NCBI RefSeq assembly: GCF_001194135.2 | Contig: NC_068989.1 | Coordinates: 5,636,387 to 5,700,386 of the forward strand | Direction: 5' to 3' | Length of the DNA stretch: 64,000 nt | DNA from: Octopus bimaculoides | Lineage: Eukaryota | Part shown: piece after piece, positions 1-12,920 of the stretch | Position numbering within the stretch: position 1 is the first letter of the stretch | Layout: each line of letters starts with the position of its first letter | The notes under the pieces: model-generated | The model's input: the letters and a program-made list of their open reading frames with translations, nothing else | Told to the model about the DNA's origin: nothing | Database searches by the model: none | Translations under genes and position numbers: made by a program

Positions 1-149
1 TCAAGCATCTGGAATGTTATCAGGAATGCAGAACCCTCAACTCGTCAGACAAGGTCATTCTTTGGAGTGCATTGTTAGCAATATACAGAGTCAAAAGTGC
101 ATTCTGAACCATAGGCTCATACAGCTTGGTTTCCTGTGGCATATACATT

Positions 150-151
150 TC

Positions 152-190
<39 letters not shown>

Positions 191-742
191 TGTTATTTGT
201 CAGTTGGTCTATCTAACTAGCTGGTTGTCTGTCTATCTATCTATCAACCTAGTTTGCTAACTGTCTATCTTTGAATCTATCTGTTTCAGCCTTTTAGTTT
301 CTCTCTCTCCCTCTCCCCCCTCTCTCTCTCTATCTATCTATCTCCATTTGGTGAGTGCTATCCAATCTCACTCCTCTTCATTTCACTCTTTCTTTCTTTC
401 TCTCTCTCTTCATTTCATTTTCCCCTTCTCTCTTTCTTTCTTATTTCTCTTTCTCACTTTTTCTCTCTGTCATTATTTCCTCTCTCCCGTCTCTCACTCT
501 GTCAATTCTCTTGTCATCTCTTTCTCTTATTCCCTGCTCTTCCTCCTCCTCCTCCCCCCCTTTTCTCTTCAAGTTTCTGGATTTTTCTTAACAAACCACT
601 CAACTAACACCACTACAAATTGTATCCAATCACTTTTAACTCATACTAACTTAGCTGTTTTTTGTCAGTCACTGCTATTGTTGTGGATGATGACAATGAT
701 GATGATGATGATGATGGCGATGATGATGGCGATGATGATGGC

Positions 743-796
<54 letters not shown>

Positions 797-1520
797 GCTG
801 CTGTTCATGGTGGTGGTAGTGGTCATGGTGGTGATGCTGATGATAATGATGATGATAATGTTGATAATGGTATTGATGATGGCGATGATAATGATGGGTG
901 GTGGCAGTGGCGGTGAGGGTGAAGCTGGTGATGGCGATGGTGATGATGATTGTGGTGGTGGTGGTGACAATGACAATGATAAAGATGATGATGATGATGA
1001 CGATGATGGCAGTGGTGATGATGATGATGATGATGATGCTGATGTTGAGGTTGACAATGGCAACAATGATAATGTTTACGTTTTTCAATATTTTTCTAGT
1101 TGTCACTCATAATGTTGGTATTGCGACTGAGGGTGATTATAATGCTGCTGCTGTTTTATAATTTGGAATGTTTTCCTCCTAGCTGTTTATCTTTGTTGTT
1201 ATTGTTCTCAACTTTTGATGCTGCTGCTGCTACTACTACTACTACTACTACTACTACTGCTGCTGCTGGCGGTGGTGGTGATGATGATGCTAATGTTTAT
1301 AGTCTAAATATTTTACTTTCTCTTTGCCATGGAGTTGCTGCTGCTACTGCTGCTGCTCATGATTAGCAGTGTCATCCTTGTCAATGTTGTTGGTGGTGGT
1401 GATGGTGGTGGCGACGGTGATGTTAGTTGTAATAGTGGTGGTGATGGTCATGGTGGGAATGGCGAAAGGTGGCGGCGAATGTTTATGAGTTACAGTGTAT
1501 TTCAGGTTGCCGTTGTTGCT
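150..1520. repeat. Compound microsatellite block (TCTG/TCTA, CT, GAT, GGT, CTA, GCT)
   Basis: Direct reading of tandem 2-4 nt units. Explains the poly-M/D/V/H ORFs in the track. Confidence 0.95.
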
Positions 1521-1934
1521 TTCATAATTATATCAATTAATTTCATAATTTTTTAACGACCATCAACTGAAGGGATAGTATGACATAATGTATTGAAATC
1601 TGGATGTCAATATTCAACGAGGTAAATTTGACAATAATTACAGAGGAAGAAATTACAGAAAACAACCATCAAATAAAGAATTTAAATTATTCTTCCTATA
1701 AAAATAATAATTATTACTATAATTATAAAAATAATTATTATTGTATTTTTTTATCATTATTTTTATAAATGATAATTATTTCTATAAAGGTACAAAACCT
1801 GGAATTAGGAAGTAGGAGGCTAGTCAATTACAATTACATCAACCCCAGTAGTAAACTGGTACCTATTCTATCGACCTCAAAAGAAAAAAAGGCAATTGGT
1901 AGATGGAAACTAAAAGAAACCTGTTGTATATATA

Positions 1935-2141
1935 CAGGGTGTGATGGGTAAATTGCCATTTTATATATACTTTTAATTTCGTGCAAGTGCACTGTTTATT
2001 CTTGATTTTGTTGACTACACAGTATAGTAGGGTCAGTTGGGTAACGTCTGTGAGAAAAACACCACCATCACACAATTCACTTTGCCCCCTTGATTATTAT
2101 GTGTGGGGCACAGTTGAGCAAGAGACCAACAAAACTCCATG
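1935..2141 (+). mobile_element. Internally deleted Tc1/mariner-superfamily transposon remnant
   Basis: TA followed by CAGGGTGT TIR-like start at 1935. In-frame PLDYYVWGTVEQETNKTPC (~2086-2141) resembles the NPLDYxVWGxxE motif after the third catalytic residue. Confidence 0.75.
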
Positions 2142-2486
2142 TGTGTGTGTGTGTGTGATTTTGTGTCTGTGTTTGTCCCCTCCACCACACACCATATCTA
2201 TCTATCTATCTATCTATATATCTATCTATATNNNNNNNNNNNNNNNNNNNNNNNNNNNNNNNNNNNNNNNNNNNNNNNNNNNNNNNNNNNNNNNNNNNNN
2301 NNNNNNNNNNNNNNNNNNNNNNNNNNNNNNNNNNNNNNNNNNNNNNNNNNNNNNNNNNNNNNNNNNNNNNNNNNNNNNNNNNNNNNNNNNNNNNNNNNNN
2401 NNNNNNNNNNNNNNNNNNNNNNNNNNNNNNNNNNNNNNNNNNNNNNNNNNNNNNNNNNNNNNNNNNNNNNNNNNNNNNNNNNNNNN

Positions 2487-2537
<51 letters not shown>

Positions 2538-2719
2538 GAGACATGCAGGAAGTAAATAGACACCTTTAATTTTCAAAATTTCTGATCTAAGCGTCTTTAA
2601 TATGTTTTCAGCAGTGTATAATTTACAATGTAATTATTCTTTTTCATTCCAGGTGCCATTATATTACACATTTCCGAAGAGTAACCATGCTACGCATAAA
2701 AAATTCAGCAGAACTGTCA

Positions 2720-2990
2720 GACCAATAAAATAGATACTAGGCTTACAAGGAATAAGTCCTGGGGTGATTTATTCGACTAAAAGCGGTGCTCCAGCATGGC
2801 TGCAGTCAAATGAGTGAAACATGTAAAAGAATAAAAGAATATATATATATATATATATATATGATAGGCTTCTTTCAGTTCCAGTTGACCAAATTCACTC
2901 ACTAGGCTTTGGTATTGACCTGGGGCTATAGTAGTAGAAGTCGCTTTCCCAATGTGCCACGCAATGAGACTGAACCGGAAGCCATGTAGA
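2720..2990 (-). mobile_element. tRNA-derived SINE, family A (5'-truncated)
   Basis: Matches the many in-window copies (gtcaaatgactgaaacaagtaaaag tail, internal (AT)n, ggttcagtcccactg head). Confidence 0.85.
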
Positions 2991-3509
2991 CTTTGAAATT
3001 CCTTGAGAAGGAGAGGAGAGAGATCTTTGTGGTACTCCATGGAGATCTTGCCAATTTCTGTAACTATTTTTTTAACCTGTACAATGTACAATTACGACAT
3101 TCACATACTTTAAAACACAAACAGTCTTGTAAGCAGATATCATTAAGCATCTTCTTTCTATTCACCATACAAGATGTACAACCTTCCAAATGCAACATCA
3201 ACCAGTTAAAAACCTTTCTCTGAAACGGCAAACTTACAGAATCACCTGTCAAATCTACCATTTTCTTTCTTTCCGGTGACAAGAAAGAATATAAAATGTA
3301 ATAACTAACCATCTGACTCAATAATATACATACACCACGTGCATTAAAAGACAAAATAATTCTAGGAATTATATATGGTGCTTCCACAACATTCACAAAA
3401 CAAACAGGGTATATCTATAGGTATGTTGATGGAACAAGGGAAAATATGACCCGTAAATGAGTATATTTTTATTAATATTTACCAGAAGTGACAGAATAAA
3501 TCAAAGTCT

Positions 3510-3830
3510 CAGGGTTTCGCGTTCATCATTGTTTAACGTCCTGCCTGCCATGCTAGGATGGGTGGGATGGTTTCACTAGAGCCAGCCAAGCAGAAGCCTG
3601 CACCAGACTTCTGTGACTGTTTTGGCGGGGTTTTTTTACAGCTGGATGCCCTTCCTAACACCACCTACTCAGCAGAGTGGACTTAGTGCTTTTTATGTGG
3701 CACAAACACAGCTGAGGTTAGTTTTGGCAAGGCTTTTACAGTTGGATGCCCTTCCAAACACCAACCACTTTACAGAGTGGACTGGGTGCTTTTAGGTGGC
3801 ACCTGCACTGACAGGGTCACCAAGTACTTC
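3510..3830 (-). mobile_element. RTE-LINE 3' UTR-derived repeat
   Basis: Reverse complement of the gaagggcatccagctgt...aacccatgccagcatgg...ttaaacgatgatg terminus seen in many copies. Confidence 0.8.
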
Positions 3831-4069
3831 CAAGACAAAAAAAAAGTATCATATAAATAAATACATATATTAAAGACCCCCTTCAGTCTTCAATGACCTT
3901 GGGATTGCACCTGGAAAGTTCCCCTCCAAGGCACAAGTCCAGCCAAGGTTGTTTATGGTAGACCAGCAGTCATCGATGCATTTCAGTCTCTTCACTCCAC
4001 ACCACTGATGCTATTCAAGAGAAAGGCAAAGGGGCCAAGACAGCTTGGCATCAGTGATGTTAGAACTAA

Positions 4070-4205
4070 TTTCTACAGTTGAGTGAACTGGAGCAATGTG
4101 AAATAAAGTGTCTTGCTCAAGAACACAACACATGACCCAGTCTGGGATTAGAACTCACAAACTCATGATTGTAAGTTCGACGCTCTAACCACTGAGCCAT
4201 GCATC
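4070..4205 (-). mobile_element. tRNA-derived SINE, family C (head and core)
   Basis: Reverse complement gives A-box-like tggctcagtggttagag, B-box gagttcaaatcc and tgtgttcttgagcaagacactttatttcac, as in copy 22230-22550. Confidence 0.8.
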
Positions 4206-4252
4206 TACACATAAATAAATTAACACACACACACACACACACACATATATAT

Positions 4253-4303
<51 letters not shown>

Positions 4304-4320
4304 GAGAGAAAGAGAGAGAG

Positions 4321-4351
<31 letters not shown>

Positions 4352-4359
4352 GAGAGAGA

Positions 4360-4795
4360 AACTCCATAAGATGCACCCAGTGTAAGCTTTGGACACATAA
4401 AAGGTGCAGCAACATCAAAGAAAGATTAACAGGGAAAGTAACTTTTGTATGTGGAAGGTGCACAGGTAAAATAAATGCTGGAAATGTGCTGAAAATAGAC
4501 TCCATCACATGCCAGGGAGCAAGCTAGAGGTTGTAGACAGCTTCCGTTATTTAGGCGGCCAAGTTAGAAGTGGAGGTGGATGCTCTGAGAGCATAGCTGT
4601 GAGAATAAGATCAGGCTGGGCAAAGTTCAGAGCCCTTACCCCTGCTGGCAATAAAGGCCCTCTCTCTCAGAGTGAAAAGCAAATTGTTTGATGCCTGTGT
4701 GTGAACAGCTGTGCTGCATGGCAGCCCCATCAAACCATCCAACCTATGCCAGCATGGACAACTGATATTAAATGATGATGATGCTGTTGATGATG
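4360..4795 (+). mobile_element. RTE-clade LINE ORF fragment with PHD-like finger, deleted to the 3' tail
   Basis: Frameshifted translation NSIRCTQCKLWTHKRCSNIKERLTGKVTFVCGRC...KLEVVDSFRYLGGQV...SESIAVRIRSGWAKFR...KLFDACV*TAVLHGS, followed by the (GAT)n tail. Confidence 0.9.
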
Positions 4796-5011
4796 ATATA
4801 TATATCCTTAGGGCAGCTGAGGATAGAGGTATGCTGGATTGTTGGTATGGCTGTGGAATAATATTATAACACATCCTTTTGATATATATATATATGTATA
4901 TATATGGAAAACAGAAACACGGGAAAACCATTATGGATTATGCCGCTCCAGTCCAGATCACCAACTAGAAATTATATATGACGCTTCTACAATGTTCACA
5001 GCACACATAGG

Positions 5012-5082
<71 letters not shown>

Positions 5083-5424
5083 AAGGTAAGCACAAACATG
5101 AGAAAGAGGAATAAGCCATTATAGATTATACCACTCCTGTGCATGTTAGCAATGTCTGCAGAACAAATTGTCATAAACGTGGAAGAAAATAAAACTGTAC
5201 ATTTCAAATATCATCGCAGACCACATGCACAAACTACTGGCACCGCAAAAGAACGACATTAGTATTGTGCAAGGGAGGCGGGGTGGGCTGTTGGGTGGTA
5301 TTTAATTTATTGGTTCTGGAAAGAGAGAAGGAAAAAAGAAGAAAGGATGAGTAGATACTGGAAATTTTGAACCCTGTACCAGAAGGGACGAAACTAGATA
5401 AAACAGTTTATCTGGCACTCTGCC

Positions 5425-5690
5425 AGTTACCACTCTTAGTAGTAGTAGTAGTAGTAGTAGTAGCAGTAGTAGTAGTAGTGGTAGCAGTAGTTGTAGTAGT
5501 AGTAGAAGCAGTAGTAGTGGCAGTAGTAGTGGAGGCAGTAGTAGCAGTGGTAGTATTGGTAGTAGTAGTAGTTGTAGTAGCAGTGGTAGTGGAAGTAGTT
5601 GTAGTAGTAGTGGTGGTGGTAGAAGTAGTGGTAGCAGCAATAGTCGTGGTAGTGGTAGTAATATTAATAGTAGTGGTGGCAGTGATATAA
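5425..5690. repeat. (AGT/GGT/GCA)n trinucleotide tract
   Basis: Direct reading. Confidence 0.95.
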
Positions 5691-6274
5691 TGTTGCTCTA
5701 ATTGACTCAGCTGAAAATGAGAAGCAGCTGATGCTGATGCAGCCCTCAATGTTCCACTGGATCAAAGGTGGAAAAACTAAGAATGTGCTTATGTTTGCTC
5801 ACAGCAACATAGACACTAAAACAATGAGCAAAAGCATGGTGGAAAGCCCTTAGATGGCTTTTACTACCACATGTATAGCAGCTGGGTCACCTGCCTTGGA
5901 TGCTGAATTTTAAGTTTTTCTCATAGCACCCTCTACAGAATACAGTATATTTTCTGGGTTTTTCACTTGTTAGTGACCCACTTCTGAGAAAGGGGCTGAT
6001 TATGGTTATGCACTTCTTTGATTTTCTTCTTTAGGCTCATGTCAGCCCTCGTCTAGCAGATTTATGGTCAAGAGATTTGCAGTCATTATCAACCTGGTTT
6101 CTTGTGCATCAGGCACTATATTGTCTAATGTATAATTCATTATTTAAGATGAGGGTGTGCATTGAAGGAGACTTGGTTGCAATTTCTAGCAGTTTGAGTA
6201 CCTACATAGACTCCCTTCTTGGTTCTAGAATGATGTTGATATGGATAATAGTAGCATTACAGGTGAGAGTAATT

Positions 6275-6465
6275 TAGTTTCAAATTTGGACACAAGGCCA
6301 GCAATTTTGGGGGAAGTGCTTAAGTCGATTACATTAATCTCAGTACATAACTGGTACTTATTTCATCAACCCTGAAGGAATGACAGGGCAAGTTAACCTC
6401 ACTGGAATATGAACTCAGAATGTAAAGATGGACAAAATGCTACAAGGCATTTTACCTGGCAAGGT
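6275..6465 (-). mobile_element. tRNA-derived SINE, family B
   Basis: ttcaaatttggacacaaggcc...gaactcagaatgtaaagatggac pattern shared with many in-window copies. Confidence 0.8.
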
Positions 6466-7329
6466 AAAAATAATACTCTCACCTTTGAGGTGAGAGTATT
6501 ATTAACAAATCTTGATGGTGGTGGCTGTGCTCCAGCATGATGAGAGTCCAATGATTGAAACAAGTAAAAAAAAAATAAAAGATATCAGAAACCACATCAT
6601 CCATATAATTCTCTATTTCAAATGGGAAGGAGTGATTAGAGAGAGAGAGAGGGGGGGGGAGATTTGGCTGCTATATCTAGTAATCCAAGTAACCACAAAG
6701 AGGCTCCTTAGTTGGCACATAAAAATAGGTGGAGTTGTCCAAAAGGAACAAATGACACAGTTGGTTGGTCAGTGTTTAAACAAACAACAAAACAAACATT
6801 TCTACATCAAAGAGGCAGCAACTCCCCATCTCTCAGTAGAACTACCATCATCATCGTCATGATCTCTTGTCTTACTACTTTGCTCTCTTCAAGCACCTAC
6901 CACACCCTTCAGTGACATTTCAATGTTGGTGATAAAGTCAAGCAGCTGCTGAAGTTGGGATACAAGAGGTCACATGACCGGAATGGCTAATGTCAACAAC
7001 AGGGGTCAGTTTACCTGTGTGTAAATATATGAGACAGAGGGAGAAGAGAGAGAATGAAGTGGAGGGGAGAAAGAAAGAGAGAGAGGGAGAGAGGGGGAGT
7101 GAGAGACAGAGCAGAGCTGGACTAGAAGATGGTCACCTGATCCTAAAGTTTAGTCACCTGACCACTAACTTTCTATTACATTCATCTTGAAGCTATTGAT
7201 CCAATCTATTTCTGGACAGTTTCATTCCTGTATTTATGTGTACGCATGTGCGTGCGTGCATGCGTGCGTGTGTGTATATCCTTTTCTGACAGTAGAGAGC
7301 AAAGCTATAAATAACTGTGTAAATATATT

Positions 7330-7505
7330 TTCTTCTACTCTAGGCACAAGGCCTGAAATTTTGTGGAAAGGGAGGGGCCAACTGATTAGATTGACCCCAG
7401 TATGCAACTGGTACTTAATTTATTGACCCCGAAAGTATGAAAGACAAAGTTGACTTCAACAGAATTTGAACTCAGAATGTAAAGACAGACGAAATACCGC
7501 TAAGC
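7330..7505 (-). mobile_element. tRNA-derived SINE, family B
   Basis: ctctaggcacaaggcc...gaatttgaactcagaatgtaaagacagacgaaataccgctaagc. Confidence 0.85.
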
Positions 7506-7657
7506 ATGTATACTGTGTATACTTACTTACTTTCATTTTTTTTTCTCTTTTTTACATTGTATGTAAACCCCCACAATTTATGTCTGTTTTTGTATTGTCT
7601 CCATCATCCTTCACCCTTGTGGCAAATGAATGAAATCACAATTATTATTATTATTAC

Positions 7658-7693
<36 letters not shown>

Positions 7694-7700
7694 CATTATT
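7505..7700 (+). mobile_element. 3' end of the L1/Tx1-like element with (ATT)n tail
   Basis: Similar to 38515-38650 (tgtaaacccc...cccttgtggcaaat.aatgaaatca followed by ATT repeats). Confidence 0.7.
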
Positions 7701-7947
7701 ACTAATTTTTCCACAATGGTACACAGTTTGGAAGTGGAACACACACAATTTAATCTATTTCAAGTGTTCTCGGAAAGACATAATTAAAGTTAATCTCAGC
7801 AGGATTTGTAATCAAAATACGAAGGTAAAAAAAAAAAAAAATCAAAAACTTAGACAGAAAGGAAAAGTAAACAATAAAACCAAAAATAGTTAAAAATAAA
7901 ACAAATAAGAAGAAAACAAGATTACAAAATAGCAATGGCCGACTCAC

Positions 7948-8182
7948 CAGCCCAAATCAGATGAAGTGCTTGAGCTTTCCTTGCTATGACTTTCAGCCAT
8001 ATTAGGCCATGTCCACAAACGACATCCACCATCAGACTTCTTGATCCACGACTGCTGAAAGGTTGTAAAATTCCCACAAGATTTGAGGCACATTGGGTTG
8101 CGGTGTACAGTATGGCGGCATAATGGTAAAGGTTGCTGCTGCGAAGGTGACTTTTACGGACGGAAGTTGTCTTTTGGTGCAT
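7948..8182 (-). CDS. C7orf25: Internal coding exon of a UPF0415 protein C7orf25 homolog
   Basis: Polypyrimidine tract and TTTTCCAG acceptor, G|GTGAGT donor, 235 nt (phase 0 to 1). Peptide MHQKTTSVRKSHLRSSNLYHYAAIL...SLMVDVVCGHGLIWLKVIARKAQALHLIWAG matches recalled human ...KESHLQSTNLTHLRAIV...[31 protein letters not shown]. Confidence 0.9.
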
Positions 8183-8497
8183 CTGGAAAATATAGCAATC
8201 CAAAGAGAAGAATAAATATTGCGGGGTCATTAAATATTGGTTTCAAATTTTGGCACAGGGCCAGCAATTTTAAAGGTTGGGGCAGGACACACACATACAA
8301 TGTGTCGATCAAATTCANNNNNNNNNNNNNNNNNNNNNNNNNNNNNNNNNNNNNNNNNNNNNNNNNNNNNNNNNNNNNNNNNNNNNNNNNNNNNNNNNNN
8401 NNNNNNNNNNNNNNNNNNNNNNNNNNNNNNNNNNNNNNNNNNNNNNNNNNNNNNNNNNNNNNNNNNNNNNNNNNNNNNNNNNNNNNNNNNNNNNNNN

Positions 8498-8772
8498 GGG
8501 GGGGGGGGGCACCCACAACTACAAGGGGGCCCACCCGCAACTACAATGCTATCATTTAATTTTTTTTTTTTTGTTAAAAATATTCTTTTCAACAATCTAC
8601 AAACACAGCCAAGCTGAAATAATTAATGCATTCTTCCAGGAGTGAATAAAAAATTCTCAAACTTGAGGGAATGGGCCCTTAGATACTAACATGGGGCTCC
8701 ATATATGGATTCTAATGGCGCAGGGGCCCACTTGCCATCGGGAAAGCTGGCAACCTGGCCAGTCCGCTACTG
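8498..8772. mobile_element. hAT-like non-autonomous element, one end visible (other end likely in the gap)
   Basis: Ends in ctggccagtccgctactg (reverse complement CAGTAGCGGACTGGCC, hAT-type terminus) with GC-rich gggggccc subterminal motifs. Confidence 0.55.
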
Positions 8773-9819
8773 CTCACAAGGTATTGGGCAATATAGAAGA
8801 TACTTGCCCAAGGTGACACACAGTGGGATGGAACCCAAAACCACACAGTTGCAAAGTGCAATTCTTAACCACACAACTATGCCTTCTCTCTTCTTTTAAT
8901 CCAGTATATTTCTAGATCTTTCTTACTGTTTCGTTTGTAATGCTTTTTGTCTGCACTGTAGGTAGTATATATTAGTCTACACACTGAACTACAACATAGA
9001 TGTGACTAAAAAAAAACTGAACAAGCACATAATTTGTAACAAAATTAAAAAGAAAATGTAGTGCAGAATGAACTTGGTAGGAAAAATGTTAACTTAATGA
9101 AGGTTATTCAGAGAACTAAAGAGCATAGTGAATAACAATTTATTGGTTTTTATTGATGATCAAAAATACTTTTGACAGTGTTATTGATGACAAATTATGG
9201 TCTGTGCTTATAAAAATGAGATGTTCTCAATATTTTATAGAATTTCTAAAATTACTTTATTTCCAGAAAATAGCAGCTGTCAAAACGAATGTGTGATTTG
9301 AAACTGAGCAGAGTTATGACAAGGATTACCCTTTCACCTTCTCTATATAAAACATCTATGCAGAAATGTAATGAGATGAGATCTAGAAAGTTTTAGAAGC
9401 ACAGCTGAAATTGGTGGAAGAACAGGCACAAATTTGGTATGTTTATCTGTGCAGAAATTAGGATCTAAGTTTTTTGTTTGTGATGTTTTTGTTGTGGAAA
9501 ATTTCAAACTCAATTTGAGTACAAAGAATCATATTTTATACATTTGGTGAAATATGTATATTTATAGATTGATTGACTGTCTGAATGATTAATCAACTAG
9601 TTAACCAAATGACTAAAAAATAATAAACAAGTGAAATAGAGTCAGTGCATGTGTTTATTATTGCTGTAACGACCCACCAGACATACAACAAAATATATTT
9701 CAATACACAATTTCACATTAGGAATCTTGCAAACCAAATACGAAAACGAAATAGCTTGTAGGCTTTATGGAAAAAAAAAATTCCTTCAGCCTTTAGGTTT
9801 CATTTATTTTTAGGTTTCC

Positions 9820-10520
9820 TTATTGATGGTTGCTGAAAGAATTGAAGATTTCGCTGGAGAAAGTTACATGAAATGTGAAGAATATTGTTTATTTATTAAT
9901 TTTGACAAAACTGAATCAATGATTATCTCAGAAACATTTTACCAAAAATAACCCAATAATAATTGATAATCAAACTGTCAAAGAAGTCTACAAGTTTTCC
10001 TATCTTTGAAGTATTATTACAAATCAATGGGACGAAAGCAAAGAGATAAAATGAAGAAATGCATTAACAAAATATGCTATTATCTCTTTAAAACATATTG
10101 GTAAAAAAAAAAAAAAAAATTCATCAATAAGTAAAAGGAAACAAAAATGGTTGAAATTGTAGCACATTTTCACACCCTGATATATCCAGTAGCAACACAT
10201 GGATCTAAAGTGTTAGATTTTGAAATGCTGACAGAAAAAAGGTAGAGAGTTTTCAAGTTTGGTGCTTTAGAAGAATGTTAAGAATTAGCTGCACAGAGAG
10301 AAAGGACAAATCAGTGTCTTGGAGCAAACTAGGATATAAAGAAATGGATGGAGTCTTGCTAAAGAACTGGACAGGTAGAATATTAAATATTTTGGTGTGT
10401 TGAAAGGATAGGTGGCATGCAGAAATGATTGGTCATTGTGAAGTTATTGAAAAAAAAACAACAGGAAACTAAAGGAAGCCTCAAAACAAATGATCTGGAC
10501 TGATAACATAATGGTGAAAA
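9820..10520 (+). mobile_element. Old RTE/BovB-like LINE, RT C-terminal fragment
   Basis: Degenerate LFINFDKTESMII...IIIDNQTVKEVYKFSYL*SIIT...SKEIK*R...YPVATHGS...KVESFQVWCFRRMLRIS, with many stops and frameshifts. Confidence 0.8.
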
Positions 10521-11066
10521 CAGAATTGAAGAAGAAACAATTAATAAAACTATAGGAAAATAGAGATCAATGAGGATAATTTATCAGATGTACGAGATTC
10601 CCAGACTCCAACTGTTGTTGGTTACAGATGACCATGATGATGTATGCAAATCTTAAAAATGTCTATTAGCAAAGGATGTAAACATTGATGAGAAAAAACA
10701 AAGAAACAAAAATAAATAAAAAGGAAGTCTATTACAACATTTGCTCTTAGATGCAGGTATTGCTTTGTGGTAAGCAAGTTTGCTTCCCAACCGCATGGTT
10801 TTGGATTCAAGCTCACTGCATGGCACCTTGGGGCAAGGGTCTTGCTGACAAATTAATCCATTTCAGATGTTTTTAAAGCTAAATGTACAGCCACATGTAT
10901 GTAAATATGAACAAACTAACATTTGTTTTTTTTTAGTGCCAAAAAGTGTATACAAATACAAATAAGATGATAATTTATTTGTATTTACATCTTTCAATGC
11001 TTATATAAAACAAATGTTAGTTTGTTTATATTTATATACACTTGTATGTATATATGTATGTATGTA

Positions 11067-11251
11067 CAGTAATCCCTCACTATATCAAGGTTCACCTATC
11101 GTGCACTCAGTACATGGATTTTTCTGGTTAATATATGGAAACTTATATCATGGGTTTCTACAGCCGAGCGGTATTCATATTTTTTTGATATTTTAATTAT
11201 TTCTGTGGGAGGTTTTGGAACATAACACCTGTGATAGTTGAGGTGTCACTA
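11067..11251. mobile_element. Tigger/pogo-like MITE
   Basis: TA|CAGTAATCCCTCACTATATC ... GATAGTTGAGGTGTCACTA|TA: imperfect ~20-bp TIRs with TA flanks. Confidence 0.7.
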
Positions 11252-11562
11252 TATGTATGTATGTATGGATGTTGTTCTCTTATTCTTTTTAACTTAGAAA
11301 ATAAGTTTTGGCCTGCCACCCACTTGGAAGCAAGATGGTGAAAGAAAGTATCTTGTTTTGATCATCATCCTTAGAATCTGATAAAGGTCTTGCAGATTTT
11401 TATAATTCCAGATGTTATGATCATTTGTAATGCATGAATTAAAGATTTGCATTCTCTCCCCAAGATCTCAAGTCCGGCCATTCTTTGTTCCATACATGTG
11501 TACATACATACATATGTATGTATGTATGTATGTATTTATGCGTGCATGCATGTATGTTTATG

Positions 11563-11596
<34 letters not shown>

Positions 11597-12269
11597 CATG
11601 CATGTTTATATGTATTAGTAAGGATTTTGAAAAAATTCTTAATCCATTCAAGTCTCTTCTGTAAATGTTCAACCACGTCAAGATATGAATAAATAATTAA
11701 TTAATAAGATATTATTATTCTAATTTGATCACCTGAAAGAATTCATGGTTTTTCAAACTCTTTGAAATGGCAAAATTTAAAGAATTTCTTTGACACCTCA
11801 CTCCCCTCACCTACCACCTCAGTTTGTCACAAACTTGTAAATTTTTCATCATAGCAAGAAAAAAAAAGAAAAAAAGAAAAACTGTAAGAATTTCATATCA
11901 GAATTGGTTCTAAACATATTAGAAGAGTCCATTATTGGTTATTAGCAATCCATTAGAATTCATAATTTCCAAATTCTTTGATATTTTCAATTTTGATGAC
12001 TTTAGAAGCCTGTCATAAAATTCTGCTTGACATAGCTGCTGAAATGACAAAAATTTCACGTTTGTATGAATTAGTGCAATATCAGCATCATGTTTTCTTC
12101 TGTATCATTTCTTGTACGTTCACCATCCTATGAGACGAGGGTATGCTCTGGCACGTCTTCACTAGTAGGGGGTAACCGTGTAATGGCTCTACAGCAAGAA
12201 ACCTGTTCCCATCTCTTGATCATACCTGGCATAAAGCTATCTCCCTCAACATTTACACCGTCTCAGTTA

Positions 12270-12920
12270 AGGCGTCTTCTCTTGTAAGTCGTTTGGTGAC
12301 CTCACAGGTGTTGGTGCCACATAAAAAGCACCCAGTATATTCTGTGAAGTGGATGTAGAAGCCATGCCAAAGCAGACGTTGGAGCTTGGCACTGTCTGTG
12401 GCCACGCCAGCCCCTGTTGGACTGTCAAACCCATGCCAGCAGAGAAAACAGACATTAAACAATGGTGATGGTGATGCATGTTATCATCATCATCATTGTA
12501 ATCATTTAACATCCGTTATCCATGCTGACATGGGTTGGACAGTGTGACTGGGGCTGGAAAGCTGGAAGGCTGTACCAAACTCCTGTCTGATTTGGTATGG
12601 TTTTCTACAGCTGGATGCTCTTCTTAATGCTAACCACTCTGAGAGTGTAATCAGTGCTTTTATGTGCCACCACCATGGGTGCCATTTGCGTGACACCAGT
12701 ATCTGCAACGATTGTGATTTTGCTTGGCTTGATGGGTCTTCTTCTCAAGCACGACATAATGCCAATGGTCTCGGTCATTGCCTCTGTGAGGACCAACACT
12801 CAAAAGGAACTCAACCTCTTTGCCTCTGTGAGGCCCAATGCTTAAAAAGAACTGAGCCTCTTTGCTCCCATAAGGCCCAATGCTCAAAAGGAAAACGGAC
12901 GTTAAATGATGATGATGAAG
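12270..12920. mobile_element. Cluster of RTE 3'-UTR repeats in both orientations, including tandem ~40-bp subrepeats
   Basis: Tail-to-tail copies meeting at ~12480. Repeated ctctgtgagg.ccaa unit at 12783-12890. Confidence 0.75.

Noticed and set aside
348-1556. Long ORFs (poly-M/D/V/H)
   Set aside because: Produced by stop-free trinucleotide repeats, with no protein-like complexity.
3000-3420. Protein-like minus frames (VKKIVTEIGKISMEYHKDL; PYIIPRIILSF) as downstream C7orf25 exons
   Set aside because: The expected GQYG/FG start is absent and the splice sites are inconsistent.
5830-5890. Minus-strand CYTCGSKSHLRAFH zinc-knuckle-like peptide
   Set aside because: The last Cys is missing and the frame is short. 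At most an unassignable TE remnant.
11880-11940. Minus-strand SDMKFLQ resembling AELKFLQ
   Set aside because: No phase-0 GT donor, and an upstream in-frame stop.
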